From Bacteroidia bacterium (lineage in GTDB: Bacteria > Bacteroidota > Bacteroidia > AKYH767-A > OLB10), in contig JBBQQQ010000010.1 of assembly GCA_038215705.1 (NCBI GenBank), positions 452-64,451 on the forward strand: a DNA stretch of 64,000 nt, in the 5' to 3' direction. The translations under genes and the position numbers were made by a program. The notes beneath the pieces were generated by a model. The model worked only from the letters and a program-made list of their open reading frames with translations, did not search any database and was not told where the DNA came from. Below, in pieces: positions 8,843-19,128 of this stretch (the stretch's first letter is position 1; the number at the start of each line of letters is the position of its first letter).

Positions 8843-9340
8843 ATGTCTGCTAGCAAGATTACTATATTCGATCATTTAATAATTGACGAAACTAATACAG
8901 GGAAGGGTATTTTTTCTGCCAAAGGGCTTGAACTAAATTATCCTGTTTGTTCTATTCGGGGTCAAATTGTGAATTTTTCTGAAACTATAAAGGATAAAAA
9001 AACCGAATCATTTTATTTGCAGATTGGGGAAGATAAATATATCAAATCGTTGTTTCCTTTTTACCTTTTTAATCATTCATGTAATCCGAATTGTGGGATT
9101 AATGAAAACATGGAATTGGTAACCATTCGACCTGTTAAAAAAGGTGAAGAGTTATGTTGGGATTTTTCCACATCAATGATGGAGCGTAGCTGGAAGATGA
9201 AGTGCAATTGTAAGGAAAAGAATTGCCGTTCTGTTATTCAGGATTTTGATACGCTTCCTCAAAATGTTCAATTGGAGTATCTTAATATGGATATTGTTTT
9301 ACCTTTTATAAGTTCTGTCTTAAAACAGAATACGTATTAA
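8843..9340 (+). CDS. SET domain protein with post-SET Cys motif (lysine methyltransferase fold)
   Basis: TGKGIFS, FNHSCNPN, GEELCWDF, CNCKEKNCR; ATG at 8843 preferred over the TTG at 8834. Confidence 0.88.
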   Translation: MSASKITIFDHLIIDETNTGKGIFSAKGLELNYPVCSIRGQIVNFSETIKDKKTESFYLQIGEDKYIKSLFPFYLFNHSCNPNCGINENMELVTIRPVKKGEELCWDFSTSMMERSWKMKCNCKEKNCRSVIQDFDTLPQNVQLEYLNMDIVLPFISSVLKQNTY

Positions 9341-9394
9341 ATAATTGAATATTAAAAAGAAGCCTGTATTATTTTATCAATCAGGTTCCAAAAT

Positions 9395-9901
9395 TTATAC
9401 TTCAATTTTCCCTTCCACACCATCATCCATTTCTTTTCCTGTAATTGCCCCTGCTACAATTTTAAGCAAGCTTATCATTTTATTATGTTTGGTATCCCAG
9501 TAATGTACGCTGAGTGGAATGACCTTAATTAAAGTTAATTCAGGATCGGAAGCTCCCTCGGGAAACCAGGTACGTGCCCAGGGCGACCATAATTCTTTTG
9601 CCTTGGCAGCATCTTTAATAATGGTTGCGCTTCCGGCAACATTCAGAAATTCAGCACTTCCGGGGTTGGAATAAAATAACTGAACCCTGGAATCACGTTT
9701 AATTTCAGCGTTTTTGTTACTGGTTGAACGACTGAAGAACCAGATGCAGCCGTTTTCATCGACATCACGCGTGCTCATTGGACGGGCGGGAATATGATTA
9801 TCTGTTAAACTTGTAGCAAACAAACACATATCTGCCGATTTTGCTAGTTCTTTCAGTTTCTCAATTCCCTGGGCTCCAGAAATATTTTTATCGGTGCTCA
9901 T
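9395..9901 (-). CDS. Pyridoxamine 5'-phosphate oxidase-like general stress protein (YdaG/GSP26 type)
   Basis: ARPMST, IWFFS..TS.KN.EI, ELWSP.A..WFP.G..DP, HYWD motifs. Confidence 0.88.
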   Translation of the reverse strand: MSTDKNISGAQGIEKLKELAKSADMCLFATSLTDNHIPARPMSTRDVDENGCIWFFSRSTSNKNAEIKRDSRVQLFYSNPGSAEFLNVAGSATIIKDAAKAKELWSPWARTWFPEGASDPELTLIKVIPLSVHYWDTKHNKMISLLKIVAGAITGKEMDDGVEGKIEV

Positions 9902-9932
9902 TATTCAAAAGTTTTAAGTTTAATAAATGAGG

Positions 9933-9947
9933 TCAATTTTCATGCCT
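9933..9947 (-). promoter_or_regulatory. sigma54-like -24/-12 motif
   Basis: AGGCATGAAAATTGA on the minus strand, ~30 bp before the start codon. Confidence 0.55.
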
Positions 9948-10070
9948 TCACCATTAATTCTAATTATTGGGCGAAGTTCAAATTTAATGTCCCTGAATTT
10001 CCCCATAAATTATAGCTCCAATTTTTGAAAATTTGAAATTATCGTTAAATTACACCCGAATATCCTACCC

Positions 10071-11006
10071 ATGAAAACGCTGTTTGTTCCTTTGCTCTTA
10101 TTTATTTTAACTGTTCATACAGCTAATGGTCAGTCTAAACAGGCTGAGATTGACACGCTTATGAAAAATGGGAAGTTTTCATCCGCCAAAAGCATTCTTG
10201 ATAAACTTATCGATAAGAATCCCGGTAATGATACCCTTCTTACAAAGCGAGGAATCTGTTTCTACGAAATGGATAAGATCCAGCTTTCCTATAATGATCT
10301 TTCTGCGGCCATTAAAGTGAATCCCCAAATGGCTAAAGCGTACCTGTACAGGGGCAAGGTTTTTTTATCTTCCAGCGAAAGCTCTGAAGCCATTAACGAC
10401 CTGAATATGGCTATTCGCCATGCTACTGATGATAGTGTGAAAATCAATTCCTATCTTACCCGTGGAAGCGCCCGGTTGATGATGCGTCAGCTTGAAGGTT
10501 CTATAGAAGATTCTAAGGCTGTTCTGGCAATTGATTCGACGAATATTCCTGCATTAAATAATATGGGAATGTCATTGAATCAACTGGGCAGGCATGATGA
10601 GGGCTTGGATTGCCTGTACAAAATTGCCGCTATTGATTCAACAATTATTTATGTGCCAATGAATATTGGTTTCATTATGATCAGCAAGGAACGTTATGCC
10701 GAAGCTATTGAATGGATTGATAAGGCGCTGAAAATTGATAATGCACAACCGCTGGCTTATAATAACAGGGGTTATGCCCGGCTGAAGATGGGCCTCCCCA
10801 ATGAAGCACTTGCCGACATCAATAAATCTTTAAGCATTAAGGAGAACAATAATTATGCGTATCGTAACCGAGCGCTTGTCTATATTGAATTGAAACAAAA
10901 GGAAAAAGCTTGCCTTGATTTGCAGAAATCACTTGACCTGGGATTCACGGAGCAATATGGTAATGAAGTAAAGGATCTGTATCGCACTAATTGCGTGAAA
11001 GATTGA
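10071..11006 (+). CDS. Periplasmic tetratricopeptide repeat protein
   Basis: Signal peptide; AYLYRG, AYNNRG, AYRNRA TPR helices; C-terminal AC.DL.K..DLG...C motif. Confidence 0.88.
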   Translation: MKTLFVPLLLFILTVHTANGQSKQAEIDTLMKNGKFSSAKSILDKLIDKNPGNDTLLTKRGICFYEMDKIQLSYNDLSAAIKVNPQMAKAYLYRGKVFLSSSESSEAINDLNMAIRHATDDSVKINSYLTRGSARLMMRQLEGSIEDSKAVLAIDSTNIPALNNMGMSLNQLGRHDEGLDCLYKIAAIDSTIIYVPMNIGFIMISKERYAEAIEWIDKALKIDNAQPLAYNNRGYARLKMGLPNEALADINKSLSIKENNNYAYRNRALVYIELKQKEKACLDLQKSLDLGFTEQYGNEVKDLYRTNCVKD

Positions 11007-11048
11007 TATGATGCCCCTCAATAGTATTTCATAAATAAACCACCTCCT

Positions 11049-14000
11049 ATGAAAATTTATTTCTTCAGTTTATTGCTGACTGTTCTAAACGCTGTTTCTG
11101 TTCTGGCACAGGTCAAACAATCACCGCCATTAACTCCGGATTATGATACCATGATGGTTAAAGCAACTGCTTTCACCGGTGAGGGTGAGTACAAGAAGGT
11201 AATTGATTTATTGAAGGATTTTCCTGAAAACGATACTGCCTATGCTACATCGCTGGATAAATTAGCTCTTGCTTACCTGGGTGAAGAAAAATGGGATGAG
11301 GCTATTACAACTTCCAAAAAAGGGCTTACACTACGGTCTCCGTATAAACGTCATTTTTATGAAATGCTTGCTGCGGCGTATGATGAAAAAAAAGATTATA
11401 CACAGGCCCTTGATGTGCTAAAAGAAGGACAAAAGGAATTTCCGCTTTACACCCGTTTTTATTATCAAACGGGCGTAACAAGCATGAACGCGAAAAAATA
11501 TGAGCAGGCTTATGAAAATCTGAAGACCTCAATACGGTTGAACCCATTTGAAACCAGTGCTCATCTCCAGCTGGGTTTGCTGATGTATAACAGCAACAGG
11601 ATGATCCCAGCCATGTTATCCTTTCACATTTTTTTGATGCTGGACCCTGCCACATCTAAAAGCATAAATGTACTCCGGGAATATGAGAAAATGGGAAATG
11701 GAGAATATAAAAGCAATAAAGATTCACTGTATCTGAATCTACCCGCCACCACCGATAATTTCCAGGAGCTGGAAGCCATTGTGCAGTCAAAGTTCGCTCT
11801 TAACTCTAATTATAAATCCAATGTCAAGATCAAATACAATACAATCGTTAAAACCATGCAGATCATTGGTGAAAAAATTGAAATGAATAAGGCGGATACC
11901 GGCTTTTACATGCAGTTTTATGTTCCGATCTTTTTGGAAATGGTTCAAAATAATCTTTACAACTCTTCCATTTATTATAACCTGAGATCTATCGATGATG
12001 AAGAAGTAAGAAAGGAAGTTAAAAAGCAGGATGCTAATATCACTAAAATGGCTTCCTATCTGAATAATTATTTAACCAAATACCGGCAGGATCAGTGGAG
12101 AGCTCATAAAATGGCTACGAATGACACCTGGTTCAATACGACAGGCACTTTGTCATCGGAAGGTGCGTATAACAGCAAATCCAACCTGGCAACCGGTGAT
12201 TACACCTATTATTGGCCGAGTGGTCATGTGAAAAGCAAAGGTTCTTATACAGCTTCTGGTAAGTCAACAGGCAAATGGCAGTACTATTACCCGGAAGGTG
12301 AATTGCAGGCGATAAAATATTACAAGGATGATTTGCTTGTTGATTCCACTACATTTTATCACCCTGAAGGAAATGTATCAGAGGTAATTCCTTATAAAAA
12401 TGATAAGCATAACGGAGTTGTGAAAAGCTTTTATGCAACAGGAGGGCCGCGTACACTTGTGACATTTGCCAATGGCGTTCGAACGGGTCCGGTTTTATAC
12501 CATTATGCAAATGGCAGAAAAAAACTTGAAGGCAATCTGGTTAATGAAAAATTGAATGGAAAATATATTGAGTATTATGACAATGGAAAAAAATTGGAAG
12601 AGGCTGATTACAAAGACGGTGTCATAACAGGTACATTCAAAAGCTGGTATGGCAATGGTAATCTGAAGTCTGAAGGGGCCTATAAAAATGGTTTAAAAGA
12701 AGGTGAATGGAAGTATTATCATGAGGAAGGATACCTCAATAACTCGGGTAATTATAAAGCAGGTAAGGAAGATGGTATATGGAAATCTCTTGACCAGGAG
12801 GGTAAAGTATTTTCAGAACTGAAATATTCCGGAGGGAAAATAGAAGGGGATGCCAATTTTTATGATGATGGAAAACTATGGTCCGTGCTGACTTTTGGGA
12901 AAGGCAATATCAAAAAGTATAAGTATTATGATAAGAATAATAAAGTGATTTCCGAAGGCGTTGAGAAGAATGGAGTTCTGGATCTGAAATCGTTTTATGC
13001 CGATGGCTCCCGCTTCAGAGAGCGGATTTACAAGGATGGAATTGCAATGGGAAAATGTACAACATGGAATATGTATGGCAACACGGAATCGTTAGAATAT
13101 TATGCTGATGATGAACAGGATGGGAAACAGCAGTATTATTTTGATGATGGTACCCTCAAATCAGAAATTAATTATAAAGCAGGAGTGCTTGAAGGACTGG
13201 CAGTGTATTACTACAAAAACGGGGTGATAAGCAGCCAGGGTTGGTATAAGGATGATAATAAACGCGGTGAATGGAGAGAATACAACCCTGATGGTGTCAT
13301 TTCGTCTACTGACTATTATCAGAACGGAGAGTTACAGGGTGCGTCCGTAAATTATGATGTATCAGGAAAGATGGAAACGGTTTTCACATACAATAACGGT
13401 GATCTTGTTATGTATACCGACTATGATACCCTGGGAAATATACTTATCGCTGAAAAAATTAAGAACGGTTCCGGTTCTTTTAATTCGCTTCATCTGAATA
13501 AAAAGGCAAAGTCAAATCTTAATTATAAAAATGGCAGGCTAGAGGGTGAAATAAAACGGTATTACAGCAATGGTAAGGTAAGGAACGTCATTTTGTACAC
13601 CAATGGAAGCGCTAACGGTCCGTATAAACGCTATGAATGGGATGGATCTATTGATGAAGAAGGATTTTATGAAGATGGTTATATCGACAGTACCCGGACC
13701 ACATATAAAAATGGAAAACTTTACAGTAAGGCAAATTATTTCAGGGGCGATTTGCATGGTGAGAGAGAGTTTTATTATCCCAATGGAGTCGTTTCTACAC
13801 GGGGGAACTTCAGATATGATAATCAGGAAGGTTACTTCTATTATTATGCTGATAACGGAATGGTGCGTTACCGGTTATTGTTTAAGGATGGTGATGTTCA
13901 ATCCTATTCATACCTGGCCCCTGACAGTACATTCAAGCCTGAAATTCCACTCCCAAAAAGTACAGGGGATGTTAAGGCTTTTTATCAGAATGGAAATCCT

Positions 14001-14327
14001 TCAGTGAGTTTTACTTTTAAAGGCGGTTATTATCACGGACCATTCATACAGTATTTTCCAAGTGGAAAAGTGCGGAAGGAAATAAATTATGTTTCACATG
14101 AAGAAGAAGGAACTACCAAAGAATACAATGAAGCAGGAAAGCTGGTGTCAGAAGAAAACAACAAATATGACCGCTATGACGGTGTATGCCGGTATTATAA
14201 CAACGGAGTTCTGGAGAGAGAGTCGGTGTATGTTATGAACTGGATGCACGGCCCTACAAAACTTTACGACAAAGCGGGTAAAGTTATTAAAACAGTTAAA
14301 ATGTACAATGATGAACCATTTGAATAG
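11049..14327 (+). CDS. Secreted TPR + MORN-variant (YwqK-like) repeat protein
   Basis: Signal peptide; N-terminal TPRs; ~30 YY.NG..K.EG.Y..G...G.W repeats. Confidence 0.88.
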   Translation: MKIYFFSLLLTVLNAVSVLAQVKQSPPLTPDYDTMMVKATAFTGEGEYKKVIDLLKDFPENDTAYATSLDKLALAYLGEEKWDEAITTSKKGLTLRSPYKRHFYEMLAAAYDEKKDYTQALDVLKEGQKEFPLYTRFYYQTGVTSMNAKKYEQAYENLKTSIRLNPFETSAHLQLGLLMYNSNRMIPAMLSFHIFLMLDPATSKSINVLREYEKMGNGEYKSNKDSLYLNLPATTDNFQELEAIVQSKFALNSNYKSNVKIKYNTIVKTMQIIGEKIEMNKADTGFYMQFYVPIFLEMVQNNLYNSSIYYNLRSIDDEEVRKEVKKQDANITKMASYLNNYLTKYRQDQWRAHKMATNDTWFNTTGTLSSEGAYNSKSNLATGDYTYYWPSGHVKSKGSYTASGKSTGKWQYYYPEGELQAIKYYKDDLLVDSTTFYHPEGNVSEVIPYKNDKHNGVVKSFYATGGPRTLVTFANGVRTGPVLYHYANGRKKLEGNLVNEKLNGKYIEYYDNGKKLEEADYKDGVITGTFKSWYGNGNLKSEGAYKNGLKEGEWKYYHEEGYLNNSGNYKAGKEDGIWKSLDQEGKVFSELKYSGGKIEGDANFYDDGKLWSVLTFGKGNIKKYKYYDKNNKVISEGVEKNGVLDLKSFYADGSRFRERIYKDGIAMGKCTTWNMYGNTESLEYYADDEQDGKQQYYFDDGTLKSEINYKAGVLEGLAVYYYKNGVISSQGWYKDDNKRGEWREYNPDGVISSTDYYQNGELQGASVNYDVSGKMETVFTYNNGDLVMYTDYDTLGNILIAEKIKNGSGSFNSLHLNKKAKSNLNYKNGRLEGEIKRYYSNGKVRNVILYTNGSANGPYKRYEWDGSIDEEGFYEDGYIDSTRTTYKNGKLYSKANYFRGDLHGEREFYYPNGVVSTRGNFRYDNQEGYFYYYADNGMVRYRLLFKDGDVQSYSYLAPDSTFKPEIPLPKSTGDVKAFYQNGNPSVSFTFKGGYYHGPFIQYFPSGKVRKEINYVSHEEEGTTKEYNEAGKLVSEENNKYDRYDGVCRYYNNGVLERESVYVMNWMHGPTKLYDKAGKVIKTVKMYNDEPFE

Positions 14328-16257
14328 ATTCGCTGTTGCGCTGTTATTACTGCTGTCAACAAATAACATATATGCGCAACCGGTATTCAATTTCGTGGAA
14401 TTGCAGAGTCTTTATCCCGATAAGGATGTAATTATACTCAATCAGAAAGAGCACCTTATCATTAAAAATACTTCCGCCGGATTAAAGATTCAGACTAACA
14501 AAAGTTCTGAAATACTTTATTTGTCCGAAAAAGCAAGTCATCTCCTGGAAAGGTCAATTTTTTATTATGATAATTTTACGCTGGTACGTGATATCGATGC
14601 TAATTCCTGGATACCTGATGCAGAAGGAAAAAAGCTCAGGAAAATTAGCGTAGGAAATATCTATACCCGCAAACCGGTTAATGATAATGTATTTTATGAT
14701 GATATTAAGGAAAAGTATTTTACATATCCTTCCCTGAAAAAAGGAGCCGTATCAACACTGAGTTATTCTGAAGATATTTTTGACCCTCATTTTCTTTCTG
14801 CCTTTTATTTTGGAACATATGCACCTATTGAAAATGCTGAGTTCCGAATTACCCTGCCCGATGATGTACACCTCCGTTATGTAATAAAAGATCCTTCCGG
14901 GATGATCAGCTTCCGCGAAGAGCGTTCGAGAAATACGGTTACCTATATTTTCAGTGGTGGCCGTAACAAGGGTTTTATCATGGAAGATGATGCCCCCGAC
15001 AGAAGCCATTTTCTGCCCCACGTGCTTGTATACATTGACAGCTATTCCGTAGGAGGGACCAAAAAATCGGTTTTGCCGGATGTTGATGCACTTTATGGAT
15101 GGTATCGTGAATTAATGAGCAGGATGAAAAATGAGAACCGGGCAGAGTTGAAGGAGATTTCGGATTCTCTCACTAAAAATACTCCCGATACAATTCAGAA
15201 GATAAAGAATGTTTTTTACTGGGTACAGCAGGAAATAAAATATATAGCTTTTGAAGAAGGATTGGGTGGATTTATTCCAAGGGAACCCATTGACACTTAC
15301 AATAAAAGATTCGGTGATTGTAAAGATAAGGCAATGCTGATTAATGCACTGCTGAACCAGGCCGGAATTCCGGCATACCCGGTATGGATTGGTACGAGGG
15401 ATATACCTTACCGTTATGCCGAAGTGCCTACCCCCCAGGTTGATAATCATATGATATCTGCTGTTAAAATGAATGGTGAATGGGTGTTTTTAGATGGCAC
15501 TGCTGTTCATCTGGAGTATGGACTCCCTACCTCAATGATCCAGGGGAAAGAAGGTCTTATTGGTTTGTCAGAAAAAGAATATAAAGTGGTTGAAGTTCCT
15601 GCGGTAGACCGCCTTAAAAGTGTTTCTCATGAAATTTATAATATTTCATTAAATGGTGAACGCGTAACAGGAAACGCAAGCAATTCCTTTACCGGATATT
15701 TTAAACAAAATCTCTATTATAATCTTAGCCAGTCGGGGCTGGATAAGCGGATGCAGTTCATCAATAAGCAGCTTGCACTTGGAAACAGCAAGTATGAAGC
15801 TACCAATATTACTTTTTTTCCGGGATATGAGAACCGTGATTCATTATTAGGTTATACATTTGATTTTGTACTGGATGATTATGTGACATCCGTGGATGAA
15901 AAAATGTATGTGAACCTTCACATTAAAAAACCAAATGACTATGATAAGATAGCTATTGATAAACGTTTTTCAGAAGTAATAGTGGATTTTAAGAATACAG
16001 AAATTATGGAAACCACTTTTAGTATACCGGCAGGGTACGAAATCGTAAGCATTCCGGGTGTAAATAAGTTCCATGATAAAAGTTTTGGTTATTCTGTTAT
16101 TTATGAGAAAAAAGATAACCTTGTGACTATGCGCCGCGAAATTTTTACTGATGCCCTTGCTATTGAAAAGAAAGATTTTGTTGAATGGAATAAATTCGTT
16201 TCCGGTCTGAACGATGCCAGTAAAGAACTGGTGATTATTAAAAAATCAAAACCTTAA
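14308..16257 (+). CDS. DUF3857 + transglutaminase-like domain protein, catalytic triad intact
   Basis: Signal peptide; GDCKDKA (Cys), DNHMI (His), FLDGT (Asp). Confidence 0.88.
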   Translation: MMNHLNRFAVALLLLLSTNNIYAQPVFNFVELQSLYPDKDVIILNQKEHLIIKNTSAGLKIQTNKSSEILYLSEKASHLLERSIFYYDNFTLVRDIDANSWIPDAEGKKLRKISVGNIYTRKPVNDNVFYDDIKEKYFTYPSLKKGAVSTLSYSEDIFDPHFLSAFYFGTYAPIENAEFRITLPDDVHLRYVIKDPSGMISFREERSRNTVTYIFSGGRNKGFIMEDDAPDRSHFLPHVLVYIDSYSVGGTKKSVLPDVDALYGWYRELMSRMKNENRAELKEISDSLTKNTPDTIQKIKNVFYWVQQEIKYIAFEEGLGGFIPREPIDTYNKRFGDCKDKAMLINALLNQAGIPAYPVWIGTRDIPYRYAEVPTPQVDNHMISAVKMNGEWVFLDGTAVHLEYGLPTSMIQGKEGLIGLSEKEYKVVEVPAVDRLKSVSHEIYNISLNGERVTGNASNSFTGYFKQNLYYNLSQSGLDKRMQFINKQLALGNSKYEATNITFFPGYENRDSLLGYTFDFVLDDYVTSVDEKMYVNLHIKKPNDYDKIAIDKRFSEVIVDFKNTEIMETTFSIPAGYEIVSIPGVNKFHDKSFGYSVIYEKKDNLVTMRREIFTDALAIEKKDFVEWNKFVSGLNDASKELVIIKKSKP

Positions 16258-16267
16258 ATTTTATCCT

Positions 16268-18217
16268 ATGAGAATTGCTCCGGTATTAATTGTACTTTTT
16301 ATTGCAGGGTTTAATCTGCAGGTACGTTCACAGGCTTATGAAACACGCTCCTATGATTTGGGGGCCGATACAAAACATGCAACGCTAACGGCTGCTGAGC
16401 AGAAAGAACCTGCAGTAATTCTGTTGGATAAGCGGGTGTACGAATACCTTTATGATAAGAAGGGTGATCTGGAATTGTATTATACTGCACATCGCCATGT
16501 ACATATTAATGATGCCGCATACGTGGATAACTATAACCGCATCTACCTCCCTGTGAGCGATCCTGCCAATTTGTTATCGCTGAGATTGCGCTCAGTAAGC
16601 AAAAGCGGTAAGGTCAGGGAAATGTATAAGGGTGATATGAAACGAATCACCGAGGAAGGTAATGATTATCTTATTCTGGCCATTGAGGGTCTTGAAAAAG
16701 ATTCGGAACTCGAATATTTTTATACCACAAAAAGAAGCGTTACCTATTTTATATCTGAATGGATGCAATCCGGTGTGTACACACGTCATTCGGATTTTAG
16801 AGTCATCAGTCCGGAGAACCTGCTTTTTGAAATGAAATCCTATAACGGTGATGTTGTGAAAACCGATACCGTTATAAGCGACAAAAATTTTATTACAGTA
16901 ACCCGCGATTCAACTCCTGTTTTAGACATGGAGGAAAAGTATATAGCCGGAAATGCCAACAAGATCCGTGTTGAATTCAAACTTGCAAAAAATACTTCAG
17001 GTGGTGATATGCGACTATTCACCTGGGCAGATGCCGGCAACAGGTTTTACAAAATCATGCATGCCGAAGAGAAGACAGCACGAAAGGAAATTGAAAAACT
17101 AGCATCTACACTCGAACTAAAAAAGAAGAAGACTCCTGAAGAACAGATCAGGACATTTGAAAATTACATGAAGACCACCGTCAACAATAAAAGTGACGAT
17201 GATAATCTTACTATCGCAAGCATGTTAAAGAAGCATTATGGTTCCATGAACCAAATTACTTCATTATATATACTGATGTTTGAATACCTGAATATACCCC
17301 ATGAGTTTGTGATCACTACCAGTAGGTTCAATGCATCGTTTGACCCTGATTTCGATACCTGGAATTATCTTGACGTATACCTGATTTATTTTCCTTCAAC
17401 AGGTAAATATCTTGACCCGATTAATTATGCGTACCGGTATGGATTAATTTCATATGAATACAGTGGAAACAATGGATTGTTTATTAAAAAGATTTCCATT
17501 GGAGATGTTTCTAATGGCATCAGCTCAGTGAAGAAAATTGAAGCTACAGATTTTGCAAGAAATTTCGATAACATGGATGTTTCAATCAGTTTTGAAAATG
17601 ACATGAAAGAAACAAAAATAAAAATGAAACGCGACTTCAGCGGTCATTCCGATAACCAGATACGGGCCGCTTACTTTTATTCAGATGCAGAAAATAAAGA
17701 AGATATCGTTGATCAGTTACTGGAGTCCTCTGTAAAGGATATTAAAACCAAGGATGCTAAATTGATTAATTATGATCTGGTGAAGGATGATTATGATAAA
17801 CCGCTGGTTATGGAAAGTACTGTTACAACGACCGCATTGATCGAAAACGCTGCTGATAACGTGGTATTTGCAATTGGCATGGTGATCGGCACACAACTGG
17901 AAATGTACCAGGATCATGAACGTCAAAGCCCGATTGATATTAACTATCCTCATAGTTATAACCGGGTATTGAAAGTTACTGTTCCCGAGGGGTATGATGT
18001 GAAGGGACTTGAAAAACTGAACATGAACATTGTGTATGATGATAAAGGCATCGGATTTACATCTACTTACACGATGGAAGGAAAGTTGCTTACCGTTACT
18101 ATAAAGGAATGGTATAAAAACATTGAACTTCCTGTTTCAGCATACGATGATTTCAAAAAGGTAATAAATGCTGCTGCTGATTTTAACAAGATCAAACTTA
18201 TTTTTACAAAAGCATAG
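16268..18217 (+). CDS. DUF3857 domain protein with a degenerate transglutaminase fold (no catalytic Cys/His)
   Basis: Same length and architecture as the upstream gene; GSMNQI replaces GDCKD and YLDVYLI replaces NHMI; YLDP retained. Confidence 0.8.
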   Translation: MRIAPVLIVLFIAGFNLQVRSQAYETRSYDLGADTKHATLTAAEQKEPAVILLDKRVYEYLYDKKGDLELYYTAHRHVHINDAAYVDNYNRIYLPVSDPANLLSLRLRSVSKSGKVREMYKGDMKRITEEGNDYLILAIEGLEKDSELEYFYTTKRSVTYFISEWMQSGVYTRHSDFRVISPENLLFEMKSYNGDVVKTDTVISDKNFITVTRDSTPVLDMEEKYIAGNANKIRVEFKLAKNTSGGDMRLFTWADAGNRFYKIMHAEEKTARKEIEKLASTLELKKKKTPEEQIRTFENYMKTTVNNKSDDDNLTIASMLKKHYGSMNQITSLYILMFEYLNIPHEFVITTSRFNASFDPDFDTWNYLDVYLIYFPSTGKYLDPINYAYRYGLISYEYSGNNGLFIKKISIGDVSNGISSVKKIEATDFARNFDNMDVSISFENDMKETKIKMKRDFSGHSDNQIRAAYFYSDAENKEDIVDQLLESSVKDIKTKDAKLINYDLVKDDYDKPLVMESTVTTTALIENAADNVVFAIGMVIGTQLEMYQDHERQSPIDINYPHSYNRVLKVTVPEGYDVKGLEKLNMNIVYDDKGIGFTSTYTMEGKLLTVTIKEWYKNIELPVSAYDDFKKVINAAADFNKIKLIFTKA

Positions 18218-18241
18218 GTTCAGCCCCCTTCCCGGAAACGG

Positions 18242-19087
18242 TTAATCTTTAATAAATTTTATAAAAGTGGAATGGTCTTCCAATTGTAGCTCTGTAAGGT
18301 AAATTCCCGGTGACAGATTTGCAATATTTATGGGTCCGGGCATATGCTCTGAAAGTATCTGTCCGAAAACCGACCATAATCGTAATTTTAATACTAAACC
18401 GGTATTCCTGTCATTTGTAACTGTAATATAATCCCTGGCGGGATTTGGAAAAACACGATACGATACTTTCTCTTGATCGCCATTGGTGTATGTAGCCCCT
18501 TCAAATGAAAAATTGTCAAGTTGACACCAGGAAGTAGTGGGTCCGCCGGCCGATAGTTTTGCAGTAATGTACCGGCATGTATCAGGACTTATAAACGAAA
18601 AACTTCTCAATGACCATACGCAACTGTCGGGAATAGGTGAAGTGAAAACTGTTGTACCGAAAGATGTATCGGATGTTGAAACTCCAATGTAAAAGGGGTG
18701 CGGAACATTATTTGACAGAAAGCCGTGACGGTCAAAGTAAGTTATGGTGTATAAATTTCCTGTTACCAAAGGCGATGATAATTCCAGGGAAATGGCATCT
18801 GTGCCACCACCTGTAAGGGCGACATACCACGAGCCATCCTGCGCCGGGGAAGCACAATAATTTGCTGAGCCAATTATATCCATGTTCCCTCCGGCAGGTC
18901 CTCCACCGTTATAGCTTCCGAAAGCAATAGAATTATTCATTAACGAATTGTAAACTGCATTGGTAACATTGATTTGGTCACCGGGTGCGGTATTATTCTC
19001 AAAGCTCCCGTTAAGAAACACCTGGCCATGTGCACATGTTGTTAGAGAAATCATGAAAGCTAACCCAGTCGCTTTTGAGAATGTCAT
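18242..19087 (-). CDS. Small secreted beta-sandwich protein with T9SS type A CTD
   Basis: Signal peptide; LNGSFEN start typical of CBM-like domains; VFPNPARD...LSPGIY...KFIK. Confidence 0.8.
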   Translation of the reverse strand: MTFSKATGLAFMISLTTCAHGQVFLNGSFENNTAPGDQINVTNAVYNSLMNNSIAFGSYNGGGPAGGNMDIIGSANYCASPAQDGSWYVALTGGGTDAISLELSSPLVTGNLYTITYFDRHGFLSNNVPHPFYIGVSTSDTSFGTTVFTSPIPDSCVWSLRSFSFISPDTCRYITAKLSAGGPTTSWCQLDNFSFEGATYTNGDQEKVSYRVFPNPARDYITVTNDRNTGLVLKLRLWSVFGQILSEHMPGPINIANLSPGIYLTELQLEDHSTFIKFIKD

Positions 19088-19128
19088 AAGTAATAATTTT
19101 ATGATTGTAAAATTTGTTAACCGTTAAA

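Noticed and set aside
11049-14327. YwqK antitoxin of a toxin-antitoxin system
   Set aside because: Similarity is only through MORN-variant repeats; the protein is large and secreted, and no toxin gene is adjacent
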